Positions 49,277-58,981 of a stretch of DNA of 64,000 nucleotides are shown here, in pieces. Below the pieces are notes generated by a model. That model was given only the letters and a program-made list of their open reading frames with translations, made no database searches and had not been told where the DNA came from. Position 1 is the first letter of the stretch, and each line of letters opens with the position of its first letter. A program made the translations under genes and the position numbers. The DNA is taken from NCBI GenBank assembly GCA_043812915.1, contig JBDRLQ010000020.1, forward strand, positions 1 to 64,000, given 5' to 3'. The DNA is from Candidatus Micrarchaeota archaeon. Its GTDB lineage: Archaea > Micrarchaeota > Micrarchaeia > Anstonellales > Bilamarchaeaceae.

Positions 49277-49340
49277 GGCGGCTACGCCCTCATCGCGTGA
49301 GTAAACATTTTAAACTAGTCTTTTTCCTGAAGTTACCACA

Positions 49341-50420
49341 TTATATCTTCACTATCTGGATGACATCCCCGTTTTTCAGGACATGCCCGAGGCCGACCCT
49401 TTGGGGCTGGTGCTTCACGCTTTCCCCCCATACCAATGCGAACCGAAATTCCTTTTTCAGGTCACGGTGCAACTTTGCGCACATTTCCCCGACTGTTATC
49501 CCGTTGCGGACGACCATCGGCTCCTCGAGGTCGGCGTCTTCCTTCCTTTTTTTGGTGAAAATGCTGATAAGGTCGAGCTTCCTGTAAATCATTTCCCGCA
49601 GCTCCGCAATCCCCTCGCCTTTTTCCGCGGCAACCGAGATATCATATTCCGTATCCGACTTCTTCATCTCGTTGCTGACAAGGTCTGCTTTCGTGAGCAC
49701 GTACAGCACCGGAACATACGCGCGGTTCCCTTCAAGGACATCTATGAACTCGTCCACACTTATGTTCTCGCGCAATATCACATTGGCGTTGAATATCCTG
49801 TATTCATTCAGGGCTGCCATAATCTCATTGTTGCTGATTTTAGTGAGCTTCACTGTGGAGTTAATTGTAACGCCTCCCCTTGCAAGTTTCTTGATGATGA
49901 CATGAGGAGCCTTCTTGTTGATTCTTATCCCGAAACCGTACAGCTCGCTCTCAATGACCCTCCTTTGCTTCGGGTGCGTGGCCTCGACAAGGGCGAGTAT
50001 TAGGTCCGCGTTGCGGGCAACGGCTATGATTTCCCTGCCCCTTCCCTTTCCGTCCTTTGCCCCTTCGATTATTCCAGGAAGGTCGAGAATCTGGATTCTT
50101 GCGCCTTTATGCTCCATGACGCCCGGGATGCACTTGAGCGTGGTGAACGCGTAGGCCGCCACTTTCGATTCCTTCCTTGTGAGCTTTCCAAGGAGGGTGC
50201 TCTTTCCGACGCTTGGAAGGCCGATGAGGACTGCTGTTGCGTCTCCTGATTTCCTGACATCAAAGCCCCCCCCGCCACTGGTTCCGCTTGGGGCAATGAG
50301 CTGCCTGCGCAGCTTCGCTATTTTTGCCTTCAGGACGCCCAGATGGTACTCGGTAGCCTTGTTCACCTGGGTGCGGGCCATTTCTTCTTCGATATCCTTT
50401 ATCTTCTCCTGGATTCCCAT
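49341..50420 (-). CDS. DRG/Rbg1-family GTPase with TGS domain
   Basis: 'NKATEYHLG', 'GLPSVGKS', 'YAFTT', 'DLPG', 'QRVGLGHVL'. Confidence 0.93.
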   Translation of the reverse strand: MGIQEKIKDIEEEMARTQVNKATEYHLGVLKAKIAKLRRQLIAPSGTSGGGGFDVRKSGDATAVLIGLPSVGKSTLLGKLTRKESKVAAYAFTTLKCIPGVMEHKGARIQILDLPGIIEGAKDGKGRGREIIAVARNADLILALVEATHPKQRRVIESELYGFGIRINKKAPHVIIKKLARGGVTINSTVKLTKISNNEIMAALNEYRIFNANVILRENISVDEFIDVLEGNRAYVPVLYVLTKADLVSNEMKKSDTEYDISVAAEKGEGIAELREMIYRKLDLISIFTKKRKEDADLEEPMVVRNGITVGEMCAKLHRDLKKEFRFALVWGESVKHQPQRVGLGHVLKNGDVIQIVKI

Positions 50421-50454
50421 CTCAATCACTTTTGATTGGCGCCACTATTTAATG

Positions 50455-51168
50455 TTATATCCTTGCTGCGAACTCCCAGGCAAGTATTAGCGCTGCCAGT
50501 ATGGGCTGGTGGATGAGATAGATGAGCAGCGAATGCCTTCCTAAAAAAGCAAGCCTGTCAATCAGCCTGTCGCCGCGGGCATTGGCAATCTTTTCCGCAT
50601 TCCTGGCTATGAATCTCTGCCCGGCGTATATCCCCAGCAGTATTATCCCGAACCAGGGTATCAGCGGGTAGTAATCAAGGGGCCAGTAGCCTGGGGAGTT
50701 GATTCCAAGGAAGAATAAGTAGTCTGTGCCGTGGGCAGGCGCGGTTCCCAGGAAGAACCCTGCGGCTATAAGCAGAAACCCGAAGAAGACATTCCAGAGC
50801 CCAAGCCTAAGGAACATGGGCGCAATCAGGGTGGAAGCCGCAATCAGGTGGATGATGCCGAACATGATGAACCTCTCATGCGGATATATCCAGGTTACCG
50901 CGGTAATAAGAAGCGCAACCGTGCCGAGCATCGCCGCCCTTTTCAGGTATTCCCATCTGCCTTTTTTCCTGCCCTCCATCAGGGCCAGGGAGATGCCTGC
51001 AACAAAAAGGAACATGAACGCTATTGTGCGCTGGAACAGAATCCAGCCCAGGCCGGATAAATCAACTGAAAGCACCCTGAAGAAGTCAAGGTCGATAAAG
51101 AGATGATAAGCAATCATCATCACTATCGCCGTCCCCCTCAGGGCGTCAATTCCCGCTATCCTTGCCAT
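50455..51168 (-). CDS. HGSNAT-like (DUF1624) membrane acyltransferase-family protein
   Basis: 'IDALRGTAIVMMIAYH', 'FGIIHLI', 'DYYPLIPW', 'GRHSLLIYLIHQP'. Confidence 0.85.
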   Translation of the reverse strand: MARIAGIDALRGTAIVMMIAYHLFIDLDFFRVLSVDLSGLGWILFQRTIAFMFLFVAGISLALMEGRKKGRWEYLKRAAMLGTVALLITAVTWIYPHERFIMFGIIHLIAASTLIAPMFLRLGLWNVFFGFLLIAAGFFLGTAPAHGTDYLFFLGINSPGYWPLDYYPLIPWFGIILLGIYAGQRFIARNAEKIANARGDRLIDRLAFLGRHSLLIYLIHQPILAALILAWEFAARI

Positions 51169-51419
51169 TCAATCCCACTTTCCAGATTTAGCTTCCTGGG
51201 CTCTTCTATCGGCTTTTTCTGCAACCTTGCGATTCCTTGCCAATACGAAATATTCGTTCATTTATTACGGCTGCCCCATCAAGGGAATCTCCCAGACAAT
51301 CTGCCTCCAATGCGGAAACATCAGCAAACCAAGAATCCATCGCGGCCTTCTTTGAAATCAGCGGCCTGCATAAGTGATTTGGATTGCATTTTTTAATATT
51401 TGTATCCATTTTCATTTCC

Positions 51420-51968
51420 ATGGTCATAGAGGCAAAGCTAGAGCTGCGAAAAAGACTGCTCGCCCAGCGCAACTCGTTGCCGGCGGAAGTGATTGCGGAA
51501 TCCAGCAAATCCATTGCCGAGAAGCTGTTCGATGAGGAGCACTTCAAGAACGCAAACACAATCGCATTCTATATCCCAAAAGGGAGCGAGGTCGAAACGA
51601 GGTTCATGATGGAGGCCCTCAAGGATGACCGTGAGATTCTTGTCCCAGTTACAACCGAAGAGATTGAGATGGTGCAGTTAAAGTCCTTCGACAATCTGGG
51701 CCCTGGGAAATTCGGTGTCCTGGAGCCGAGGGAGAAGATTCCTCCAAAGTCATTTTCCGATGTCGTGGTTGTCCCGGGAGTGGCATTCGGGCTTTGCATG
51801 CACAGGCTGGGCTACGGCCTCGGCTATTACGACCGGTTCCTGGCGCATTCGCCGGCATACAGAATCGGGATATGCTACGATTTCCAGGTCGAGGAAAAAC
51901 TGCCCACGCACGAGAACGACCAGCGCATGGACATGATAATAACAGAAAAAAGAGTGATAAAGCTCTGA
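51420..51968 (+). CDS. 5-formyltetrahydrofolate cyclo-ligase
   Basis: 'KLELRKRLL', 'VVPGVAF', 'RLGYGLGYYDRFL', 'HENDQRMD'. Confidence 0.92.
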   Translation: MVIEAKLELRKRLLAQRNSLPAEVIAESSKSIAEKLFDEEHFKNANTIAFYIPKGSEVETRFMMEALKDDREILVPVTTEEIEMVQLKSFDNLGPGKFGVLEPREKIPPKSFSDVVVVPGVAFGLCMHRLGYGLGYYDRFLAHSPAYRIGICYDFQVEEKLPTHENDQRMDMIITEKRVIKL

Positions 51969-51971
51969 ATG

Positions 51972-53138
51972 TCAGAGCTGCTCGATTACCCTGTCTGTTG
52001 CTCCTTCTGCTGCTCCTAATGGCCTAAGGCTGAACCGCTTTGAGAAAAGGGCCTTTACTAGGTCCTTCACTTGCACCGAATCATCAAGCCTTGCAGCACA
52101 GCCCTCCTTTGCCAGGAACTCCTGGAACCGGTATTTTCTGTCCATGCCCGGCAGGAACTGTATCACCGGAACCCCCATGATGGCGGCTGTAATCAGCGGG
52201 TTGTTGAACGTCCCGGCGACAATGTCTGCAGCTTTTAGGAGCTCTTCCATCGTGTATTCGTTTTCAGGGTCATTCCCCCTTGCGCTGATGGGGTTGTGGA
52301 GCACCTTTGCGATATTCCGGGTATCCACTGCGAACGCTTCCTGCGCGCCTTCCTTCCTGAATGGGTGCGGCCTGACTATCACGTTGATTTTCATTCCTTC
52401 TGATTCCGCAAGCTCATCAATGGCCTGCAGGAACTGCCCCAGAACGCCCTTCTCCGTGAATCCGAGGTCCGGGTAAGCGTCCATTTGGTCGCTCATGAAT
52501 ACGATGAGCTTCCCACCATATTTGAATGTCGAGAAAACCGGTTTCTCAAGCAGCGTCTTTCTTGTCTCAGGAGGAAGATTTGCCGCTTCATTAAGCACAT
52601 GCTCGAAATATGGATTGCCAGTAACGACCAGTCTTTCCGTTGGCAACCCGGCTGCGATAAGTTCCTCCCTCGCCATTTCCCCTGGAAGGGCAATCACCGA
52701 AGGAATGCGGGCGGGGCCGCCCCTTACGATGACCATCTTTCCTGCTTCATCAGGGTCAAGGTCGCGGAATCTTTCGGCAAGGCAGTCCCAGCTGTCTACC
52801 AAAGCGACGCTCTTTATCCGTGCTATCCCCGAGGTGGCCCAAAGCGCCTGCTCCAGTGTCCTCTCATGCTCCTCGTCCTGCAATTGCGTGCCTGTGAGGA
52901 GGGTGTCAGGACCAAACTGCCCTATCTCCGCCCTGCAGTTTCTTGATGAGGCATTCTCAAGAATCCTGTCCGGCTCAATGCCCATCGCCCTGAAGGAGTC
53001 CGTTGCGGCCCTGTATGAAAGAACACGCACCTGCGCTCCCCCCTCCCTCAGCCTTTTCACGACTGGAGATACCGCTTCCGCCCCACCGTTCATGGAGGCG
53101 CCAACAAGAATTTTCTTAGAACTATGCTGATTTGACAT
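51972..53138 (-). CDS. GT-B fold glycosyltransferase / UDP-GlcNAc 2-epimerase-like protein
   Basis: 'LVVTGNPYFE', 'IVRPHP', 'LLKAADIV', 'AAIMGVPVI', 'GATDRVIE'. Confidence 0.65.
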   Translation of the reverse strand: MSNQHSSKKILVGASMNGGAEAVSPVVKRLREGGAQVRVLSYRAATDSFRAMGIEPDRILENASSRNCRAEIGQFGPDTLLTGTQLQDEEHERTLEQALWATSGIARIKSVALVDSWDCLAERFRDLDPDEAGKMVIVRGGPARIPSVIALPGEMAREELIAAGLPTERLVVTGNPYFEHVLNEAANLPPETRKTLLEKPVFSTFKYGGKLIVFMSDQMDAYPDLGFTEKGVLGQFLQAIDELAESEGMKINVIVRPHPFRKEGAQEAFAVDTRNIAKVLHNPISARGNDPENEYTMEELLKAADIVAGTFNNPLITAAIMGVPVIQFLPGMDRKYRFQEFLAKEGCAARLDDSVQVKDLVKALFSKRFSLRPLGAAEGATDRVIEQL

Positions 53139-53238
53139 AAGGATATTATGTGGTAAGTATAGTTTTAAAGAGAATCTATTAGGCCTGGAAGGTCAAGGTT
53201 TTATAATGTTAGACTAGTAAGCGGACTGGGCGATACCC

Positions 53239-53514
53239 ATGGACTTCAAAAGATCGATAAAATGCTCGAACTGCGGCAACGAGACCACTATCTACCTGAA
53301 CAGCGAACTGGAGATGAGTGAGCTCCTGCTGGCTGGCAAGTGCGCCAGGTGCGGCAACAGCCTCCAGATGACATTCAACATCGTTGAGAAAGGCTCCGCG
53401 GAAGCATCATCCTCAGATTCTTCCGGAGAGGATGAGCCGACAGTCAGCCTGGACGAAAGCCTTTTCACACCTGATATCCCAAGCGACACAATAAAGGACC
53501 TTATGGGAGAGTAA
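53239..53514 (+). CDS. Small zinc-ribbon protein with acidic tail
   Basis: CSNC and CARC pairs; TATA-like tttataa upstream. Confidence 0.75.
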   Translation: MDFKRSIKCSNCGNETTIYLNSELEMSELLLAGKCARCGNSLQMTFNIVEKGSAEASSSDSSGEDEPTVSLDESLFTPDIPSDTIKDLMGE

Positions 53515-54274
53515 GTATTCCCCTTATGGAATCAAGGATATAATCAGGCCTTTTCTCTTTTTCCAGTTTATCCACATCCTTCCTAGTGGCAACCCCGGTT
53601 AGCACCAGCGCGCTCTTAATCCCGGCCTTTTTCCCTGCCAGGATATCCGTTTCCAGCATGTCCCCCACAATCAGCACGTCTTCTTTCCTGAGGCCATGCT
53701 CCTCCATAATCATATCAATCAGGAACGTATTCGGCTTTCCCATGACAAGAGGCTCCTTTCCTGTAGATTTTCTGATGAATGCGACCACTGCGCCGGCCCC
53801 AGGCAGGAATCCCTCTTCCACCGGGAAAGTCGCATCCTCATTTGTGGCGATGAATGCCGCTCCGGAGTGGATCGCCTTGAATGCGGTCGCGAGCTTTTCA
53901 TATGTCAGCCCGCGGTCAAGCCCGACAACAACCACGTCTGCAGAGGCATCCTCGACAACCTCCACCCCCATCTCTTCCATCTCAGCCTGGATTCCGCCCT
54001 CGCATACCGCGAATACGGTTTTTCCAGGATAATTGTCGGCCACGTATTTTGCCGATGCGTAGGACGAGCTGTACACTTCCTCCCTGGATGCCTCAATATT
54101 GAACTTCCTTATGGTTTCCGCCCTCTCCCCCCTTGAGTTGGTTGACGCGTTGGTCAGGAAGAATACCCTCACCCCCCCTGCCCTCAGTTTCTCGATGGTT
54201 TCTTTTGCGCCAGCGATTGCTGATTTCCCTTTGTAGACCGTCCCGTCGAGGTCAAGGAGAACTGCTTTGAACAT
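53501..54274 (-). CDS. HAD subfamily IIA hydrolase (NagD-like)
   Basis: 'LDLDGTVY', 'LTN', 'GKP', 'GDMLETDI', 'VLTG'. Confidence 0.92.
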   Translation of the reverse strand: MFKAVLLDLDGTVYKGKSAIAGAKETIEKLRAGGVRVFFLTNASTNSRGERAETIRKFNIEASREEVYSSSYASAKYVADNYPGKTVFAVCEGGIQAEMEEMGVEVVEDASADVVVVGLDRGLTYEKLATAFKAIHSGAAFIATNEDATFPVEEGFLPGAGAVVAFIRKSTGKEPLVMGKPNTFLIDMIMEEHGLRKEDVLIVGDMLETDILAGKKAGIKSALVLTGVATRKDVDKLEKEKRPDYILDSIRGILTLP

Positions 54275-54307
54275 GGATTTATATTGGCCTCGTACATTAT
54301 TTCAATC

Positions 54308-54928
54308 ATGCGATTGGCAGTGCTCTTCTCGGGAGGAAAAGACAGCGTGTTCGCCGCTTTCTGGGCGATGCAGCAGGGCTTCGAGCCCGTGCTTGTTACT
54401 GCCGTCCCTGAGGAATACTCCATGATGTTTCATCATCCTAACGTCCAGCTTGCAAAGAAGCAGGCGAAGGTGATGGGCCTCAAGCATTCATTCGTTGAAG
54501 TGGGTGAGGGCAACTGGCATAAGAAGCTCAAGGCAGAGCTTCAGAAGGTTGGTGCGGAGGGCATAGTGACAGGCGCAATCGCAAGCGAATACCAGAGATG
54601 GAGGATTGAGGGGCTTGCGGAGGATTTGGGCATTCCAACATACGGGCCGCTCTGGCACAAGGAGGATGAGCTTTTTGATGAGATGCTTACTTACCTTGAG
54701 ATTTACATCTCAGCTGTTTCTGCAGATGGCCTTGATGAAAAATGGCTCGGGAGGCAATTGAAGGAGCTTGCAAAAAATCCGCCGAAGAACATCCATCCCT
54801 TCCTCGAGGGCGGGGAAGGGGAGACATTTGTCGCCAATGCGCCGTTCTTCAAATCCCGGATAAAGATAAAGGAATGGAAAAAGAGCTGGGATGGGGTCCG
54901 CGGGGTAGCGGAGATTGTGGTAGAATAA
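54308..54928 (+). CDS. Diphthine--ammonia ligase (Dph6 family)
   Basis: 'LFSGGKDS', 'SMMFH', 'GAIASEYQ', 'PLW', 'EGGEGETFV'. Confidence 0.9.
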   Translation: MRLAVLFSGGKDSVFAAFWAMQQGFEPVLVTAVPEEYSMMFHHPNVQLAKKQAKVMGLKHSFVEVGEGNWHKKLKAELQKVGAEGIVTGAIASEYQRWRIEGLAEDLGIPTYGPLWHKEDELFDEMLTYLEIYISAVSADGLDEKWLGRQLKELAKNPPKNIHPFLEGGEGETFVANAPFFKSRIKIKEWKKSWDGVRGVAEIVVE

Positions 54929-54973
54929 GTTTTAAAAAGTCCACCACTTATATGTTGTAATTGAGGAGCGTCA

Positions 54974-56269
54974 ATGACATCATCCCAGAAAAGAATTCTC
55001 AGCCCAGCCAGCGCTATGCAGAACGGAAGCTCCAGCCCGAATTCTGGCAGGAAGATATATTCTCCTGGCCTGACATCATGCCGCAAGCCCCACGGCAGAA
55101 TCGAGGGTGCGCGGGTGCTACAGCACGGGCGTGAGCGCGCGACTTTCTGGGAAGCAAATAAGCTCATTTCTGAAATCCGCAGGATGGGGGAGCCGGATGA
55201 ATCAGACGAGGAATTTTACGCTGCAATCGGGGTTCCGGCATCGACCAGGCACTGGTTCTATGATATGGAGCCTATAGACAGGGTTGGTATCAGCCTTGTT
55301 TCGCTGCGGATGGCATCACTCCTTGCAAGGGACCGGACACTCCTCCCTCCCAGGCTGAGGGATTCATTTTCCACAATAGGAGCCGTGTGGGCCGGCGAAT
55401 CCCTTGTAGTGTACCCAAGGCCAGGGCGCGAGCTTCCGCAGATGCTCGCCTGGGGGGATCAGAACGGAATGAATCGCTATTCTGTTGATACGCAGGGATT
55501 CTTAGGAAAGAGCGGGATAGCCCTGCTCATCAAGGACTATGTGCGCCGGGAATATGATATGGGTAGCTCGTTCCTGCACCTTATCATACCAAATTTCCAG
55601 TCAATAGAAGTGATTGAGGATTTCCCCCAGACCAGCGGGCTTTTCCATATAAAGGATGATAATAGCCCCTTTGGGGAGAAAGGCTCAGTCATCGACCTCT
55701 ACAGGAACAATCGCGGAGCAGGCATATCCCCGATTGTCAGGGATTTGCGCGAGCCCCCGGACATCGTGTATGTTGACGTTCCCCCAAATGAAGAGCTGGA
55801 TGTAGTCGTGGAGCTTCCGGATGCGACCGAATCAGGGGGGGATTTTGCCAAGGGCGTTCTCCAATACCTGAAGGCAATCGAAGCAGAGAGGGAACTGATG
55901 GCCGCCTTCGAGCCGCCCAAGCCCGAAACTCCTGCTCCCAAGGAAATTGAGCCTGAGCATGGGCCTGAATTTTCCCAAAATGATGTCCGCAAGGTGGTGA
56001 GGGCTGCCGTTTCCCTGGTTTGCCCCCCTGCAAGTTCAACTCTTGGCTCGGAGGGAACCCTGCAGATTATCACGGGCAGCAGGCTCCACGAGGCCTTCAG
56101 GCACCCGGCCGAGCTGGCATCGGCTGCAGGCGGGGAAGAGGCACTAAAGCATCAGATTCGGACATCGCTCGGCATGGCCCTGAACCAGCGGGCAGGGACC
56201 ACCGTCCAGCTCTTTGGGGATACTTTTTCTGTGCTGTGCCATGCCCTTGGGCTCGATAAAAAGAAATGA
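54974..56269 (+). CDS. Hypothetical protein
   Basis: 431-aa ORF, TATA-like tttaaaaa upstream; no recognisable motif. Confidence 0.65.
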   Translation: MTSSQKRILSPASAMQNGSSSPNSGRKIYSPGLTSCRKPHGRIEGARVLQHGRERATFWEANKLISEIRRMGEPDESDEEFYAAIGVPASTRHWFYDMEPIDRVGISLVSLRMASLLARDRTLLPPRLRDSFSTIGAVWAGESLVVYPRPGRELPQMLAWGDQNGMNRYSVDTQGFLGKSGIALLIKDYVRREYDMGSSFLHLIIPNFQSIEVIEDFPQTSGLFHIKDDNSPFGEKGSVIDLYRNNRGAGISPIVRDLREPPDIVYVDVPPNEELDVVVELPDATESGGDFAKGVLQYLKAIEAERELMAAFEPPKPETPAPKEIEPEHGPEFSQNDVRKVVRAAVSLVCPPASSTLGSEGTLQIITGSRLHEAFRHPAELASAAGGEEALKHQIRTSLGMALNQRAGTTVQLFGDTFSVLCHALGLDKKK

Positions 56270-56276
56270 AAAACGC

Positions 56277-56831
56277 CTACCTTGAGGCGTAGTTGCACTG
56301 GTATGACTCGGTCAGCCAGCCATTATTCAGGCATTTTTCCGAAGTTCCTTCGGGGGCGCAAACCGAGCCCTCAATGCACCATGTGCATCCGCTTCCGCTG
56401 AGGCAGGCGACACAGTTGGTCAGATCAGAGCAGCTCTCACCGGCATCCACTACGCTGCAGCCTGGGACTGTGACTGTCCATTCATCAGTTTTGCATGAGC
56501 CGGTATCAGGTCCGCTCTCATCGCCGAAATGGCATGAGTTGCTCTCCTTGCACCATCCACAGTTCTTCTTTGCCAGGCAGCTCTCGCAGTTCGGGGCGAG
56601 CATTGAGCAGTCCTCCTGCGAGTGCGCTGTTGATGAGTACCCAGGATCCCCAGGCTCGGGAGTCACTTCCGGCTCTGGTGCCGGCGGCGTTATTCCTTCG
56701 GGCTCCTCTGGCTGCGCTTCAGGCTGCACATGGACCTGCGGAGGCTGTGCCTGGGGCGTCTCTTCCGGCTGCCCGGTGCATCCGGCAAAGAGCAGCATTC
56801 CGAACAATAATAGAACCAATAGTTGCTTCAT
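56277..56831 (-). CDS. Lipoprotein with two Cys-rich PSI-like repeats
   Basis: Lipobox-like 'LLFAGC'; 'CSMLAPNCESCLAKKNCGWCKESNSC' and 'CSDLTNCVACLSGSGCTWCIEGSVC'. Confidence 0.75.
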   Translation of the reverse strand: MKQLLVLLLFGMLLFAGCTGQPEETPQAQPPQVHVQPEAQPEEPEGITPPAPEPEVTPEPGDPGYSSTAHSQEDCSMLAPNCESCLAKKNCGWCKESNSCHFGDESGPDTGSCKTDEWTVTVPGCSVVDAGESCSDLTNCVACLSGSGCTWCIEGSVCAPEGTSEKCLNNGWLTESYQCNYASR

Positions 56832-56840
56832 AAATATCAC

Positions 56841-57827
56841 CTATACGCTAAGGTCTACTTCCTTTTTCCCATTTTTGAGCCAGACGCCCTTCTTGTCGGT
56901 GACCTCTCCGATTATGGATGCCTCGACATCATGCTTCTTGGCAATGTTCATCACGGTCCCGGCCCGGTCCTCAGGAAGAATAATCACCATGCCGACCCCC
57001 ATGTTGAAGGTCCTGTGCATATCCACGAAGCTATCCACCTTCCTGGCAAGCTCCTTGAAAACCGGCGCAGGCTCAGGCAGGTCCGTGAGCTTGTATCCAA
57101 CTTCCTTGTTGAGCCGGTTTATCTTAGAGAATGAGCCTCCTGTTATGTGCGCTATGCCATGGAGGTCACAGGCGTCAATCATCTCCAGAACCGCGTTGAC
57201 GTAGATTTTCGTTGGCTCGAGCAATTCCTTCCCCCATTCCTTCACGTCGAGCGCTTTCCTCGCAAGCGTGTATCCGTTGGAGTGGATTCCAGAGCTCTCG
57301 AGGCCGACAATCACATCTCCCTTCTCGATATCATCTCCCAGGATGAGCTTCTTCACCCTCCCGACAACAGTGAACGTTAGGTCAAAGGGCTTTGCACCCC
57401 CTTTGATGATGTCCGGGATAATCGCCGTCTCTCCGCCTACAATAGCACAGCTGCTCTCCTCCGCGCCCTTGACAAGCCCTTTCATTATCTGGCTAACAAG
57501 CTCATCATCCTCCCTGGCCAGCCCGATATAATCAACCCCGACGAGGGGCTCGGCGCCCACACAGAGGATATCATTGACGCTCATGGCAATCGCATCGATT
57601 CCGACGGTATCGTATTTCCCCATCTGCTGGGCTACGATGAGCTTGGTGCCCACCCCATCGGTGTGGATGACCAGTTTCTCATCCCCGCATTTGAAGAGGC
57701 CCCCGTAATGGCCAAAGACTGGAAGAGCCTCGCCAAAGCCTTTCCTATACTCGAAAGTCTTCTTTATGTTGTCCCAGATGCTCCCCTGCATCTTGCGTAC
57801 GTGTCCAACATCAATGTCATATTTCAT
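56841..57827 (-). CDS. purM: Phosphoribosylformylglycinamidine cyclo-ligase (AIR synthetase)
   Basis: 'TDGVGTK', 'AMSVND', 'GGETA', 'SSGIHSNGY', 'AHITGG', 'TFNMGVG'. Confidence 0.95.
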   Translation of the reverse strand: MKYDIDVGHVRKMQGSIWDNIKKTFEYRKGFGEALPVFGHYGGLFKCGDEKLVIHTDGVGTKLIVAQQMGKYDTVGIDAIAMSVNDILCVGAEPLVGVDYIGLAREDDELVSQIMKGLVKGAEESSCAIVGGETAIIPDIIKGGAKPFDLTFTVVGRVKKLILGDDIEKGDVIVGLESSGIHSNGYTLARKALDVKEWGKELLEPTKIYVNAVLEMIDACDLHGIAHITGGSFSKINRLNKEVGYKLTDLPEPAPVFKELARKVDSFVDMHRTFNMGVGMVIILPEDRAGTVMNIAKKHDVEASIIGEVTDKKGVWLKNGKKEVDLSV

Positions 57828-57913
57828 AGTGAACCTCTTTGTCGGGCATTCCCTCTCCCCACCCTGGTTTTTAGAATTCAAGTATTCTCTATTGCCTAAA
57901 TAAATATTTAAGA

Positions 57914-58426
57914 ATGTTGGGGGATTTATCCATCAGTGATTCAATGAGGCTTATCGGTGCTTTCGTCGAGTTTGCAAGGCGTGTTCTTTCTGCTGCAAAG
58001 AAGGGCGGACTGGCAAGAAGGGACCTCCTGAAGCTCGACAACCTGCTAAGCCGCACCGGAAGGCGGAACACCATCCTTGCAAAAGGAATCCTCAGCGCCC
58101 TCAGCGCCGGCGGCGCCAGCGATGATGATATCCGCAGGTTCGGCTCTATGCTCGGCCGCGCCAACCAGAGGATAATGGACGACAAGGAGCCGTTCACCTC
58201 CAAGGAGAGGGATGAGATAACACAAATCTTCAGGCGCGCCTATGTTTCGCAGAAGACTGCCAGGTGGTTCAGCAGCCAGATGGACGAGCTGGTCGCCGAG
58301 GAAATCAAAGAGTACATTTCAGGAAAGCGCAGGGTGGATATCGGCGGGGTCCCAAGGAAGAAGACGGTCAGCTTTGACGTCGAGACCCAGGCCAAAACAA
58401 CCGGAAAAAAAAGAAGAACGGCATAG
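57914..58426 (+). CDS. Basic hypothetical protein
   Basis: 170-aa helical Arg/Lys-rich ORF, 9 bp upstream of the next gene; start may be ATG ~57944. Confidence 0.65.
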   Translation: MLGDLSISDSMRLIGAFVEFARRVLSAAKKGGLARRDLLKLDNLLSRTGRRNTILAKGILSALSAGGASDDDIRRFGSMLGRANQRIMDDKEPFTSKERDEITQIFRRAYVSQKTARWFSSQMDELVAEEIKEYISGKRRVDIGGVPRKKTVSFDVETQAKTTGKKRRTA

Positions 58427-58435
58427 GGAAGCAAA

Positions 58436-58939
58436 ATGAAAATCAAGCTCACTCCTGAATTATCCTATATTATCGGATTGTGGCGCAAATGCCGGATCCC
58501 TGACGGCCTCGGGGTCAAAGGCGGGAAGGACCTTCTGGAAATCTTCTCCAAGGAAGCCCTTGACCGGGAGCTCACCACTTCTGACAAGCTGCTGACCGAT
58601 GAAGCCGGGGAAACTGTTTTTTTCTATCACACTGCATACCGCAAGTTCTTCCAGGACATCGAAAAAGACCAGTTGCAGCGGTTCAAGTACCTTAATGAAT
58701 ACGCGGCGAACTATCTTGCCGGCATTTTCGATGGGGCCGGCGACATTGATGAGAAAGGCATCGTTTCAATGAAGCGGATGAACCGCAATGATGAGATGCT
58801 GCTGCTCCGCCTTGGCTTCCATTCAAAGAGGAGGGGCGAGCTGCTTATCGTGGAGAGGCCGATTGTGTTCCTCGCGTTCATAAAGAATTTCGTGAAATTG
58901 AAGAAGGACAACAAGGCTTTTGGGTACCTAGACAGATAA
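58436..58939 (+). CDS. Degenerate LAGLIDADG-like protein (two motifs, catalytic acids absent)
   Basis: 'LTPELSYIIGLWRK' (motif 1) and 'NYLAGIFDGAG' (motif 2). Confidence 0.65.
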   Translation: MKIKLTPELSYIIGLWRKCRIPDGLGVKGGKDLLEIFSKEALDRELTTSDKLLTDEAGETVFFYHTAYRKFFQDIEKDQLQRFKYLNEYAANYLAGIFDGAGDIDEKGIVSMKRMNRNDEMLLLRLGFHSKRRGELLIVERPIVFLAFIKNFVKLKKDNKAFGYLDR

Positions 58940-58956
58940 TTCCTCTTTTTGCCATT

Positions 58957-58964
58957 TTTTAAAA
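58957..58964 (+). promoter_or_regulatory. Candidate TATA box (TTTTAAAA) for the downstream non-coding element
   Basis: About 20-25 nt upstream of the start of the structured region. Confidence 0.5.
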
Positions 58965-58981
58965 CTATTTCCCATCCATAT

